The notes under the pieces: model-generated | Seen by the model: only the letters and a program-made list of their open reading frames with translations | Database searches by the model: none | Told to the model about the DNA's origin: nothing | Shown here: piece after piece, positions 1 to 9,267 of the stretch | Position numbering within the stretch: the stretch's first letter is position 1 | Layout: each line of letters begins with the position of its first letter | Position numbers and translations under genes: made by a program | Assembly (NCBI GenBank): GCA_016937155.1 | Contig: JAFGWM010000040.1 | Location: 149,267 to 213,266 of the forward strand | Source: Deltaproteobacteria bacterium | GTDB taxonomy: Bacteria; Myxococcota_A; Polyangia; HGW-17 | Direction: 5' to 3' | Length of the DNA stretch: 64,000 nt

Positions 1-95
1 CAATACGTGTTATTACAACTTAATCAGTAAGAAGAGATGATTTTTTTCAGTATTTTAAGGGTAAAGGAGAGATTTACTCGATGGAGGGAAAATAA

Positions 96-872
96 TTATT
101 CACCTGGTCGATAATCAGCCTTACATACGCCCAAGTCACAAAATTCTCCAAAGCCACATTCGCTATCATCAGCACAGGTAGCATGGCAGTATGTGTTTAT
201 GCAGACATGATCATCTCCACACTGAGATGAAAATACACATTCAGGATCTTCAGGACTGGGATCATCAATGCAGACTCCATCATTGCAAATCTGACCGGTT
301 GGACAAAGAGGATCTGTACCTTCACAGGTTTCAGCACATTTTTGATCAATGCTGCATACTTTTGTTCCACACTGCTCATCGGATTCACAAAAAACCTTGG
401 AATCTCCGCAAACAGGGTTTTCTTCAGGAACACATCTTCCGCATGATGCACAGACATAACCCTCTGAACATTCGTCATCGCTTTGACAACCGGGTACACA
501 GATCAGATAACCAAGTTCTTCACTCATTTCACAGATAGTGCCATTTCCACAATCGTCATCTACACTGCATTTAGTTTCGGGAGCTTCTGCAGGACCACAA
601 ACCCCGGTATCCATGCATTCTTCACCAAGATTGCAGTCTGCATCGAACTGACAAAGTGATGCACATCCAAAATCAGTGCAGATCTGATCTTCTGCACAGG
701 TTTCGGTTTCATTACAGGAGTTGTTTTCAATCGGCCAGCAATAATCACCATCGCACCCATAACAACCTGAATCATCACAGTATCCACATGAATCGTCGTT
801 ATTGGTTGGGTGACAGCCTGAGAATATTGAAAGTGAAAGAACAGAAGCGAGTAAAAGTAATTTGCGTATCAT
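96..872 (-). CDS. Cys-rich secreted lipoprotein with repeated C-x(2-3)-D-[DE]-C-x2-G-x2-C modules
   Basis: 258-aa ORF; N-terminal signal peptide with lipobox-like LSIFSGC; dozens of Cys in acidic repeats such as CQFDADCNLGEEC, CSVDDDCGNGTIC, CQSDDECSEGYVC. Confidence 0.6.
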   Translation of the reverse strand: MIRKLLLLASVLSLSIFSGCHPTNNDDSCGYCDDSGCYGCDGDYCWPIENNSCNETETCAEDQICTDFGCASLCQFDADCNLGEECMDTGVCGPAEAPETKCSVDDDCGNGTICEMSEELGYLICVPGCQSDDECSEGYVCASCGRCVPEENPVCGDSKVFCESDEQCGTKVCSIDQKCAETCEGTDPLCPTGQICNDGVCIDDPSPEDPECVFSSQCGDDHVCINTYCHATCADDSECGFGEFCDLGVCKADYRPGE

Positions 873-1100
873 AATAAACCTCCAGGTAAAAAACTTTCAG
901 GGAGATATACCGCAAGAAACATGCCATCAACACGATGAAGAAACTTCATAATAAAAGCACCGAATATCTTTGAGATATATCATTCCATACTGAAGTTTAG
1001 TGCATTTCAGATATTTTCCAATGGTAAATTATGAACAAAATGTCACACTGTCTGTAATTTTTCTGTACTTAGAAATTCACATGGGTTAAATCAGCAGATC

Positions 1101-2507
1101 ATGTTTAAAATATTTTTTCTGATTTCATTTATTTTTGTAGGCTGTAAAAATCCGGATCCCGTTTCAACTGTCAGAAAATCAGTTTCTTTATGGGATAAGG
1201 GTAAAAAAAAGAAAAGTTGTGAAGTTATTAAGGAACTTTCACCCCGATATGTTGAAAACTGGTCTGATGATACAGCTTTTTCCTATCTCAGAATGCTTTC
1301 GATGTGTCTTTATGAATCAGGTGGAGATACTCGAACATATCGTGCCCGTTTAAGTGAACCATGGAAGTCTTATTTTACTGCATTAAGTCAGTTCGGGTCA
1401 GGTAAGGATATAAATAAAAGTGTTGTAATTCTTCAGAAAATTATCAAAAAATATCCAGAAAAAAAAGAATTTGTATACAGGTTAGGTCTTCTGTATATGC
1501 TTGATGAGCGTTTTTCAGTTGCTTGTCCTCTTCTAGAATCAGTACATAAAAAAGGTGGTGATATCCGATTTACACTTTCTCTGGCCAGGTGTTATCTTGG
1601 TAATGGAAAGATTAAATCAATACATACACTTTTGTCTTCAATAGTCCGTGAAGGTGTTACATTGAAGCAGATCTCCATGGGTCGGAAAATTATGAATGGA
1701 GCCCGATCATATAAAAATTTGTTTAACAGGGAGATGCTTGAAGCAGTAACAAGTGCAAGAAAGGCATTGAAATCAGAAAATGCGGGGATTGCTCTGGATA
1801 AACTGGATAAAGTCGCAAGAAAATATCCCGGATATCCAGCAATACATTATCTGATGGCAGTGATTCATCTCAGACTGGGTAATCGTCCGGATGCAGCTGT
1901 TGAACTTGGCAGAGCATTGAGGATAGATCCTGTTGACTCGGATTCTCACATGCTTCTTGGTATTATTTTCAAGCAGAGTATGCAGTTTAACAAAGCTGAG
2001 AAACATCTTAAGACTGCCATCAGTTACAATCCATTTAATTTGAGGGCACATGCAGTGCTGCGGGATATTTTTGAAAAAAGGGGAAAATTCATGCAGGCTG
2101 CTAGTGAACAGAGAAAAATTGTTTATCTGCATGGAGAAAATGCTACCTCAGATTTAAAAATGACACTCGCTGCATATCTTGAAAAAAGTAATAATCTTGA
2201 TGAAGCAATTAAGGAAAATCTTGGTATCCTAAAAAAATTAGGGGATGAAGCCGGATATGTGTCGTTAGTGGCTCTGGCAAGAATTTATTTAAATTTGAGT
2301 GCTGAAAAGCCTGAAAATGCAGTTAGTTATAGAAAGAAAGCAAGAGGTTTTGCTGACAGAGCCTATGCCGTGAGACCAACTGACAGTGAGGTGTATGCCA
2401 TAAGAGTTCAATTAGGGGCTGAGAAGAAACCACAAAGTGATTTTGAAAAAAAGATAAAGATATCAGGCGCCCGAAAGCTGGATGAGAAAAATGAGTATTT
2501 TCATTGA
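1101..2507 (+). CDS. TPR-repeat lipoprotein
   Basis: 468-aa ORF; lipobox FIFVGCKN after hydrophobic leader; TPR-like helical repeats (e.g. AIHYLMAVIHLRLGNRPDAAVELGRALRIDP). Confidence 0.6.
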   Translation: MFKIFFLISFIFVGCKNPDPVSTVRKSVSLWDKGKKKKSCEVIKELSPRYVENWSDDTAFSYLRMLSMCLYESGGDTRTYRARLSEPWKSYFTALSQFGSGKDINKSVVILQKIIKKYPEKKEFVYRLGLLYMLDERFSVACPLLESVHKKGGDIRFTLSLARCYLGNGKIKSIHTLLSSIVREGVTLKQISMGRKIMNGARSYKNLFNREMLEAVTSARKALKSENAGIALDKLDKVARKYPGYPAIHYLMAVIHLRLGNRPDAAVELGRALRIDPVDSDSHMLLGIIFKQSMQFNKAEKHLKTAISYNPFNLRAHAVLRDIFEKRGKFMQAASEQRKIVYLHGENATSDLKMTLAAYLEKSNNLDEAIKENLGILKKLGDEAGYVSLVALARIYLNLSAEKPENAVSYRKKARGFADRAYAVRPTDSEVYAIRVQLGAEKKPQSDFEKKIKISGARKLDEKNEYFH

Positions 2508-2547
2508 TTAATTGATTATTAACACTTTTATCTTAATGGAGTTCGGT

Positions 2548-3324
2548 ATGAGAAAATTGATATTATTTGCTATCTTATCCATGTCCACACTAACTTTGGT
2601 TAGTTGTGATGATTCTTCAGGGGGATGTAAAAATGATCCCACATATCAGTCACATGAAATTGCGATAAGATGGTATATAAATGGTAGAACTGCTGATAAT
2701 TCAAGCAGTTTTGATACTTGTGGTGATGTGGATGCTCTTAGAGTCAGAATGATACTGACAGGTCCTGAAGAGGAAGAGTATATCTGGGAGGATCAGATTC
2801 TATGTAATGAAATGATGAAAATATTCAGAGATGAAAGTTGTGACCAGTTTCCTGATGGCAACTATACTCTTGAAGCCACTTTAGTTGACGCAAATGATGT
2901 TCCAGTAAGTGATACCCTTATTCTTTCTGAAAATCTGATTCATGGAACTGATACATTTTTTGACCTGGATTTCACGATGGATCATCTTTTGGGGGATTAC
3001 ATCGGGACTATATATCTGGACCCAACATGGGATGGTGATGTTTGCGCCAATGCTGATCCTGAGATTTCATCAGTGGAAATGACTTTTTTCGACGATGGTG
3101 AATATATTGATACACTCAACTGGTCAGGTAACTGTGTCAATGAGCTGGATCTTCATGATTATCCGGCAAAATTATATGAGATGCGTATTGCAGGCTATAC
3201 CGATAATCAGATTACTTACTGTGGAATTTTTGAACTGAAGGTTGGTATTGGTTATAACATACCTGTTGATATAAATGTTACTTATGATGCCACAGAATGT
3301 GCAAATTTCAGTCTGACGGAGTAA
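2548..3324 (+). CDS. hypothetical lipoprotein
   Basis: ORF 2512..3324; probable start at MRKLILFAILSMSTLTLVSCDD (GGAG about 9 nt upstream); lipobox LVSC. Confidence 0.5.
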   Translation: MRKLILFAILSMSTLTLVSCDDSSGGCKNDPTYQSHEIAIRWYINGRTADNSSSFDTCGDVDALRVRMILTGPEEEEYIWEDQILCNEMMKIFRDESCDQFPDGNYTLEATLVDANDVPVSDTLILSENLIHGTDTFFDLDFTMDHLLGDYIGTIYLDPTWDGDVCANADPEISSVEMTFFDDGEYIDTLNWSGNCVNELDLHDYPAKLYEMRIAGYTDNQITYCGIFELKVGIGYNIPVDINVTYDATECANFSLTE

Positions 3325-3326
3325 AA

Positions 3327-3746
3327 ATGTCTGTTCGCCATTTATTACTGATTTTGGTTTTCTTCATCGGATGTACTGATCTGGATAAGAAAAAGACTCT
3401 TCATACTCTGGAGGGAAATGTACTGCAGTTCTACGAACAGGCAAGATGGGGAAGGGGAAATCTCGCAAAGGAATATGTAGTTCCCAGCGGAAGAATCAAG
3501 TTTCTTGATGATCTGGATTTGCTTCTTAAAAAAATTAAAATCAGCGAGATAAATGTCATCCGAATCACACCATATAAAAAAAATTCGAAAGCTGCTGTAA
3601 GACTAAGAATAAAGTGGTTGAACGAGGATGAAGGTATTCTAAATGAAACTCTTGTTGAAGACACCTGGATTCAGATAAAAAATATTTGGCTTAGAGATAA
3701 GTGCAAAGTAATAGATGGAAAAAAACTGCCATCAATTTTCAAATAA
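3327..3746 (+). CDS. hypothetical lipoprotein
   Basis: ORF 3297..3746; internal start MSVRHLLLILVFFIGCTD avoids overlap with the upstream gene; lipobox FIGC. Confidence 0.5.
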   Translation: MSVRHLLLILVFFIGCTDLDKKKTLHTLEGNVLQFYEQARWGRGNLAKEYVVPSGRIKFLDDLDLLLKKIKISEINVIRITPYKKNSKAAVRLRIKWLNEDEGILNETLVEDTWIQIKNIWLRDKCKVIDGKKLPSIFK

Positions 3747-3860
3747 AATACTGGAAACTGGGTGAAATATTTTGTAATTGAATTTATGAAAATTATTTCC
3801 GTAGCTTTTAGGTAACCGGGAAAAGTCCCATTAACTAAAATTATTTTTTGGAGTTAAATT

Positions 3861-4559
3861 ATGCAAAGAGGATTTCTTATCATATCCATACTGATGTTTG
3901 CTGAAACTGGATATGCACAGACAAAAACTTCTGTTACACCAACAGGCTATAATTTACCGGATTCACAGTTTCTTTGTTTGAAAATTCAGACTTACTATAA
4001 CAAAATTAAAACATTTAAATCTGATTTCAAACAGGTTTTTTCAAAAAAATTCCACGGAGATCAGAAACCTGAATATGGAAAAGTGTATATAAAGAAACCG
4101 GGAAAAATGACCTGGGAATATACCAGACCGGAAAAAAAATTGTTTATTGTTGATGGGAAGAAAGTATGGGTATATGAACCTGTGCAAAAGCAGGCTTTAT
4201 GGAAAAATCTTGGTGACAGCGGACTCCCGGCGCCTGTGAAATTCCTTTGGGGGAAAGGAAATCTGATTAATGAGTTTAATGTTAAGATTATAAAAAATTC
4301 CAAATTTGCCGGTAAAAATGAATCTGTTTTAAAGTTACTTCCTAAAAAGAAATCGCCACATTTTAAATCAGTTCTCTTTGTTGTTGATGCATCCGGAGCT
4401 GTTAAACAGAGCATTGTCTATGACAGAGAAGGAAACAGGAATAGAATTTATTTCAACTCAATAATACTTGATAAGCCAATTCCTGATAAATTATTTAAGT
4501 TTATTCCCCCTAAGGGCATTCAGGTACTTGAGGCGGGAGTGGAAAAGAAGAAAAAATAG
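3861..4559 (+). CDS. LolA-like outer-membrane lipoprotein carrier family protein
   Basis: 232 aa; signal peptide; central motif KPGKMTWEYTRPEKKLFIVDGKKVWVYEP resembles the LolA/LppX fold signature. Confidence 0.5.
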   Translation: MQRGFLIISILMFAETGYAQTKTSVTPTGYNLPDSQFLCLKIQTYYNKIKTFKSDFKQVFSKKFHGDQKPEYGKVYIKKPGKMTWEYTRPEKKLFIVDGKKVWVYEPVQKQALWKNLGDSGLPAPVKFLWGKGNLINEFNVKIIKNSKFAGKNESVLKLLPKKKSPHFKSVLFVVDASGAVKQSIVYDREGNRNRIYFNSIILDKPIPDKLFKFIPPKGIQVLEAGVEKKKK

Positions 4560-6566
4560 TATCAGTAAAAGAAAAACTGAAGGCATGTTTTGACTGTTTT
4601 TTCCTGCTGCTGAGCATCCACAACCATTATCCTCTGTTTTTTCATTTTTACAGTCCTCACTGCAGCCGTCTCCGGAGAGGGTGTTTCCGTCATCACAGGT
4701 TTCGTTAATATCGACAATAGAGTTACCACAGACTTCAGTGCTTTTACAGTCTTCACTGCAGCCGTCGCCGGAGAGAGTGTTTCCGTCATCACAGGCTTCG
4801 TTAATATCGATAATAGAGTTACCACAGACTTCAGTGCTTTTACAGTCTTCACTGCAGCCGTCGCCGGAGAGAGTGTTTCCATCATCACAGATTTCGTTAA
4901 TATCGACAATAGAGTTACCACAGACTTCAGTGCTTTTACAATTCTCACTGCAGCCGTCTCCGGACAGGGTGTTTCCATCATCACAGATTTCAAGTCCTTC
5001 AAGAATACCATTTCCACATTCTGAATTTAGACTGGTTAAAGCAGTTTCTATATCTGGAAAAGGCCCTATGTTTTCTGATGTATCACCGGTTTGAGGAATT
5101 CCGGTTGAGATCAGTAAATCCCTTATTGTTAATGCATCAAAGGAAGTTGCAGAAATACAACGCGGAGGATCGAAATATATGTCATCACAGGTTTCTCCAT
5201 TAGTGCATTCTGTTGAAGAACAGTCTGCTCCTGAACCACTTGCCCTCAATATTCCTAATAAAACAGCAATAGTTCCCGTGACAATTGGTGATGCACTGCT
5301 TGTTCCACCAAATTCACTTGTGTAGTATTGATTTACATCACCTCCTCCCGTGAAAAGATCTCCATAACCTGTGGAATACACCTGACTACCCCATGCCTGA
5401 ACGTCCATTCTGGAACCATAATTACTGTACCATTCACGGGATCTTGCCTGAGGATTTGTTCCCGGGAGTCCAGCACCAACCATAATTGCCCCTGAATCCG
5501 AAATTTCTTTATCAAAAGCATTATTGTAAACAGGATCATCCAGATTTTCCCATCCGTTGGCTCCAGCTTCAACTATGATGTAACCATTAGATACAGCTGT
5601 TCGGATTGCATCATATGTTGCTGGAATCCATTCAACCGGAACAAGTCCAGCATAGGTGGAATCATCATAATTTGGACCATATTCCTGAGCTTCCAGAAGA
5701 AATATGGATCCTGTTGGAAAATTTTCCAGAGCATTGGTGATTCCTCTGGCGACGTTGTATCCATATTCATATGTGTAGTCTGGTGAAAAACCACACAGCC
5801 CGTTTGTAGCAGCTCCCGTGATTCCATAACCGTTATGGGACCCAAAAATAATACCAAGAACGGAGGTTCCGTGATCAACAAATGCCTGTTCAGCATATAA
5901 TGTTCCCGCGTCGGGAATAAGAGCATTTATGCAGTTTTCCAGATCCTCGTGATCCTTGTTCCAGTTATATTCAATGTCAACAATTGTAATACCTTCTCCC
6001 CTGGAACCAGGAATATCCCTGACTGATTCGATTCCGGTTCCAATTGGCGACTCACTGAAATACCCCTGAAATTCAGCATAAGAGGGAGTAACAGGAGGAA
6101 TATCCTCAGGGGGGGGTACAGGTATGGTAAGTGGATATGCCACCTCAATAAAGTCCAGTGAATTAATGATTTTTAATAAAGTTGAGAGAGGTTTTTTACT
6201 GTTTCTGAAATCAATTCGATAATATTTTGTAAGATCAGCTAAAGTGCATCTGCAGTTTATTTCTCCAGTTGTTTTAAGTGTTTTTAAAAAACTGTAGTTT
6301 CTGCCAAATGTCGGGCTGGAAGCTGTTGCTCCAAGACTCTCCAGTAAATAAATTTCTTTTCCATTACTGTCTTTTACCACTAACTCCTGAATTGAATAAT
6401 CCAGTTCCTCACTCAATTTTATCTCAATATAACCACTCCAGATATTTTCGCTTATATCAGTAAAGGACAGCCAATTCATTTCTCTTCTGGGGCCTATAGT
6501 TTGAGAAGCCCAGGATGCAGGAACTAAAAAAAACAGTATTAGTGCAGTAGTAAGAAGATTTTTCAT
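4491..6566 (-). CDS. secreted subtilisin-like (S8) serine peptidase with four C-terminal Myxococcus-type Cys-rich repeats and a C-terminal Cys/TM/basic anchor
   Basis: 691 aa; signal peptide; S8 triad contexts (ITIVDIEY Asp, HGTSVLGII His, GGTSSASP Ser); four repeats of CGNSIVDINExCDDGNTLSGDGCSEDCKSTEV; tail GCGCSAAG + hydrophobic helix + RLKYLNALRGNKLK. Confidence 0.85.
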   Translation of the reverse strand: MKNLLTTALILFFLVPASWASQTIGPRREMNWLSFTDISENIWSGYIEIKLSEELDYSIQELVVKDSNGKEIYLLESLGATASSPTFGRNYSFLKTLKTTGEINCRCTLADLTKYYRIDFRNSKKPLSTLLKIINSLDFIEVAYPLTIPVPPPEDIPPVTPSYAEFQGYFSESPIGTGIESVRDIPGSRGEGITIVDIEYNWNKDHEDLENCINALIPDAGTLYAEQAFVDHGTSVLGIIFGSHNGYGITGAATNGLCGFSPDYTYEYGYNVARGITNALENFPTGSIFLLEAQEYGPNYDDSTYAGLVPVEWIPATYDAIRTAVSNGYIIVEAGANGWENLDDPVYNNAFDKEISDSGAIMVGAGLPGTNPQARSREWYSNYGSRMDVQAWGSQVYSTGYGDLFTGGGDVNQYYTSEFGGTSSASPIVTGTIAVLLGILRASGSGADCSSTECTNGETCDDIYFDPPRCISATSFDALTIRDLLISTGIPQTGDTSENIGPFPDIETALTSLNSECGNGILEGLEICDDGNTLSGDGCSENCKSTEVCGNSIVDINEICDDGNTLSGDGCSEDCKSTEVCGNSIIDINEACDDGNTLSGDGCSEDCKSTEVCGNSIVDINETCDDGNTLSGDGCSEDCKNEKTEDNGCGCSAAGKNSQNMPSVFLLLILFFLLFHSRLKYLNALRGNKLK
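4645..5005. repeat. about three near-identical tandem 120-bp DNA repeats (coding, inside the subtilase gene)
   Basis: direct reading: unit ...ttttacagtcttcactgcagccgtcgccggagagagtgtttccgtcatcacaggcttcgttaatatcgataatagagttaccacagacttcagtgc... recurs with only a few substitutions. Confidence 0.85.
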
Positions 6567-6582
6567 TCAGTTATCCTTTCTT

Positions 6583-8145
6583 TTACCCTTTAAACAGATT
6601 CAGAAGATTATCAAATGATTCGGGAGACCAGAAAATTACGTTTGCCCCAGCACTCCTGATTTCTTTTATCAAGCCTTTCCATCTGTAATGGGCTTCTTTT
6701 TCAACGATGCTTCTTTTCAGTGTTTTATCTGTTTCGGGTGAATCATCAAGAATGAGGAAAAATACCTTTAAATTTCTTTTTAGTGCAATCCGCAGTCTTG
6801 GAATAATATCACCCGGTGCTGGAACCGGCTCCAATTCTGAAAAAATTATTATGTGCTGAGAATATTTTTTCAGGGCATCATCAAGGGCTTTTCCAAGACC
6901 GCTCTGATAATTATCTAAAACCGGTGGTTCGTATCCTGTAAGAATACTGATTTTTGTTAAAATTTCCTGAATCGGTTCAGAATGACTTACCAATAATTTC
7001 TCAATACCCCTGGGAGCAGCCAGTGAATTGTAGGCTGCTATCATAGTTTTTTTAAAATTATCCATCTGGTTTGGTGTTGTTGATTCTGGAGGATATATAC
7101 CGGTTCCAAAATTATAATTCAGATATCTCAGTAAATTCAGAATATTCAACTGATCAACATTTTCACAAAGCTCAAGTGTTTTATATCGGTATTCAGCCAG
7201 AGTATAAATCAACTTATTTACTTTTATCCGATTGAGTATGACCTCAATTTCTTTTCTGAAAACAGTAATACCAACCTCGTGTTCCATTTTTTGCAGTTTT
7301 TTTATTATTTGAGGTAGGACCGATACATAGTAATCAAAGGGAGATTCACCAGGTCTGCCTCTGAATACTGAAGGTGTGGTGTCAAAAAGTATCTGCCATT
7401 TTCCTTTTTTTTCCGGATAGGACAGTCTTATAACGGGTTTTTGACGTTTTAATGATGCTGTTCGAACTATAGCCTTTCGAGGATCACCTGTTTGGTAAAG
7501 TCTTAATTCTGCAAGATCTCCGTTATGTGTAGGTTGTGGAAATTTTTCATAAACTGGAATTTTTTCTAGTTTTTTAGTGAATACGGGATCAAGATTCTCT
7601 GGACTCACATTGAGACACATAGGTAAAACCAGATAAAACCTTCGAGGTCTGAAACCAAAAGGAGCAGAAATTATAATACTTAATCCATAAAAGAAAATAT
7701 TTCCGCTTCTGACTGGAACCAAAGTGATATTCATGGAAGTTTTGGAGTTTTTATTTAATTTTATAATGAAAGGATCTCTCTTTCTTATTCCACTGCATGT
7801 TCTTGTTTCAATACGTATTTTTCCAATACTTCTAGGTGTTGAATTTAGAAGATCGATTCTGACAGTAAATTCTTTTCCTGCTGCTATTGAAACCAAAGGA
7901 GGATAAGCCATTCCTTTCAGTGGTGATTTCTTAAAAAGGCTGTTTATTCTGTATTCCACAAGAATTACCCATGACATTATCAGGAAAGGGATTAGACCTA
8001 AAATGAAGAAATCTAACCTTAGGGTGACTGCTCCCAGTATCAAGAGTGCTGTTGGCGCAAGTGTAAAAAGATATGGAGAAGGATAATTGTAATTACTGGC
8101 TTTTACTTTTTCCGGGATCTGGATTATTTCAGAATGTTTGTCCAT
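6583..8145 (-). CDS. DUF58-family membrane protein (MoxR partner)
   Basis: 520 aa; N-terminal TM helices; DUF58-like motif GDLAELRLYQTGDPRKAI...LFDTTPS; immediately downstream of the MoxR ATPase gene on the same strand. Confidence 0.7.
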   Translation of the reverse strand: MDKHSEIIQIPEKVKASNYNYPSPYLFTLAPTALLILGAVTLRLDFFILGLIPFLIMSWVILVEYRINSLFKKSPLKGMAYPPLVSIAAGKEFTVRIDLLNSTPRSIGKIRIETRTCSGIRKRDPFIIKLNKNSKTSMNITLVPVRSGNIFFYGLSIIISAPFGFRPRRFYLVLPMCLNVSPENLDPVFTKKLEKIPVYEKFPQPTHNGDLAELRLYQTGDPRKAIVRTASLKRQKPVIRLSYPEKKGKWQILFDTTPSVFRGRPGESPFDYYVSVLPQIIKKLQKMEHEVGITVFRKEIEVILNRIKVNKLIYTLAEYRYKTLELCENVDQLNILNLLRYLNYNFGTGIYPPESTTPNQMDNFKKTMIAAYNSLAAPRGIEKLLVSHSEPIQEILTKISILTGYEPPVLDNYQSGLGKALDDALKKYSQHIIIFSELEPVPAPGDIIPRLRIALKRNLKVFFLILDDSPETDKTLKRSIVEKEAHYRWKGLIKEIRSAGANVIFWSPESFDNLLNLFKG

Positions 8146-8148
8146 TGT

Positions 8149-9147
8149 TTAAGCCAGAAGATTAAGTTTTTCCAAAGCATTATCTATTATTGAGGAGCTG
8201 GAGATTCCAGCCATTTCAGCCTCGTAAGAGAGTCTCAGTCTGTGGCTTAAGACATATGGTGCAAGGAACTTTACATCATCTGGTGTTCCATAATCCCTCC
8301 CGTACAAGGCGGCAATGGCTTTTGTAGCTCTTATAAGTGCAATACCTGCCCTTGGAGAGGCTCCAAGTTCGGTTTGAGGGTGGCGTCTGGTCCATCTGAT
8401 GATGGAAAGAATATATCTCATTAAAGATTCGCTAATAGTAACATTGTTGATAATATTTTGATATTCTACAATACTTTTACTTTCAAGAAGAGGCTGTGGA
8501 AGGGGTGGTTCAATCTGATGCTTTTTCATCATTTGAAATTCCTGTTCAGTATCCGGATACGAAAGTTTTATTCTGATTATGAATCGGTCAACAGCTGCTT
8601 CAGGAAGTGGAAAGGTACCTGCAAGTTCCTGAGGATTTTGTGTGGCGATAACAAAAAAAGGTTTTTCAAGGGAGAATGTATTGCCTTCTACAGTGACGGT
8701 TTTTTCCTCAAGTGCTTCAAGTAATGCAGCCTGTGTTTTTGCTGGAGAACGGTTAATTTCATCTCCCAGAAGAACCTGAGTAAAAACAGGTCCAGGAATA
8801 AACCGGCTTGATTGAAAATCCGCGCTTGGGACAACAGTTCCTGTAATATCAGTTGGCATGAGATCCGGAGTGAACTGAATTCTCTTGAAAGTACAACCTG
8901 TTAGGGCACTATAGAATTTTGCCAGAGTTGTTTTTGCAACCCCAGGAACACCTTCCAGCAGGATATGTCCCTGAGCAAGCAAAGCTGAACTCATTAAAAC
9001 AGGAATTTCACGAGGACCAAAAAAGTATTTATTAATATTTTCGTGTACCTCGTTGAATATTTCAGAAATTTTAGAAATATCAGTCATGATGAATACTTTA
9101 CTAACATATGATATCGAATTCAATGCAAAACCTTTTATATAGTTCAT
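8149..9147 (-). CDS. MoxR-family AAA+ ATPase
   Basis: Walker A GVPGVAKTT, Walker B region FVIATQNP; MoxR-like C-terminal region; true start may be the internal MTDISKISEIF (about 9087). Confidence 0.85.
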   Translation of the reverse strand: MNYIKGFALNSISYVSKVFIMTDISKISEIFNEVHENINKYFFGPREIPVLMSSALLAQGHILLEGVPGVAKTTLAKFYSALTGCTFKRIQFTPDLMPTDITGTVVPSADFQSSRFIPGPVFTQVLLGDEINRSPAKTQAALLEALEEKTVTVEGNTFSLEKPFFVIATQNPQELAGTFPLPEAAVDRFIIRIKLSYPDTEQEFQMMKKHQIEPPLPQPLLESKSIVEYQNIINNVTISESLMRYILSIIRWTRRHPQTELGASPRAGIALIRATKAIAALYGRDYGTPDDVKFLAPYVLSHRLRLSYEAEMAGISSSSIIDNALEKLNLLA

Positions 9148-9267
9148 TTAAGGTGTAGTCACTGATAACATGTGTGAAATTCCTGTAGCAGGAGGTAAAA
9201 GAATGATCTACAAGGCTTAGAAAGATGATTTTTTTTTGTTCAGGTTAAGTTACGAAGAGGTGATGTT

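Noticed and set aside
191-874. Several 60-115-aa ORFs on both strands inside 96..872
   Set aside because: They overlap the Cys-rich lipoprotein gene, which has a signal peptide and coherent repeat structure; the alternative frames are His/Cys-rich noise
3861-4559. 69-bp convergent overlap between the LolA-like gene and the subtilase 3' end as evidence of a miscall
   Set aside because: Both frames are closed by their own stop codons and both proteins have coherent domain content; 3' convergent overlap is tolerated, though the last residues of the subtilase tail may be dispensable
4645-5005. Possible CRISPR array suggested by regular direct repeats
   Set aside because: The repeats are about 120 bp, contiguous without unique spacers, and maintain an open reading frame encoding Cys-rich protein repeats; no cas genes nearby
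4562-5094. ORFs 4562..5017 (-) and 4681..5094 (+) with repetitive translations
   Set aside because: They lie entirely inside the subtilase gene's tandem 120-bp repeats; their open frames are an artefact of repeat periodicity, and the subtilase frame carries the meaningful Cys-repeat protein
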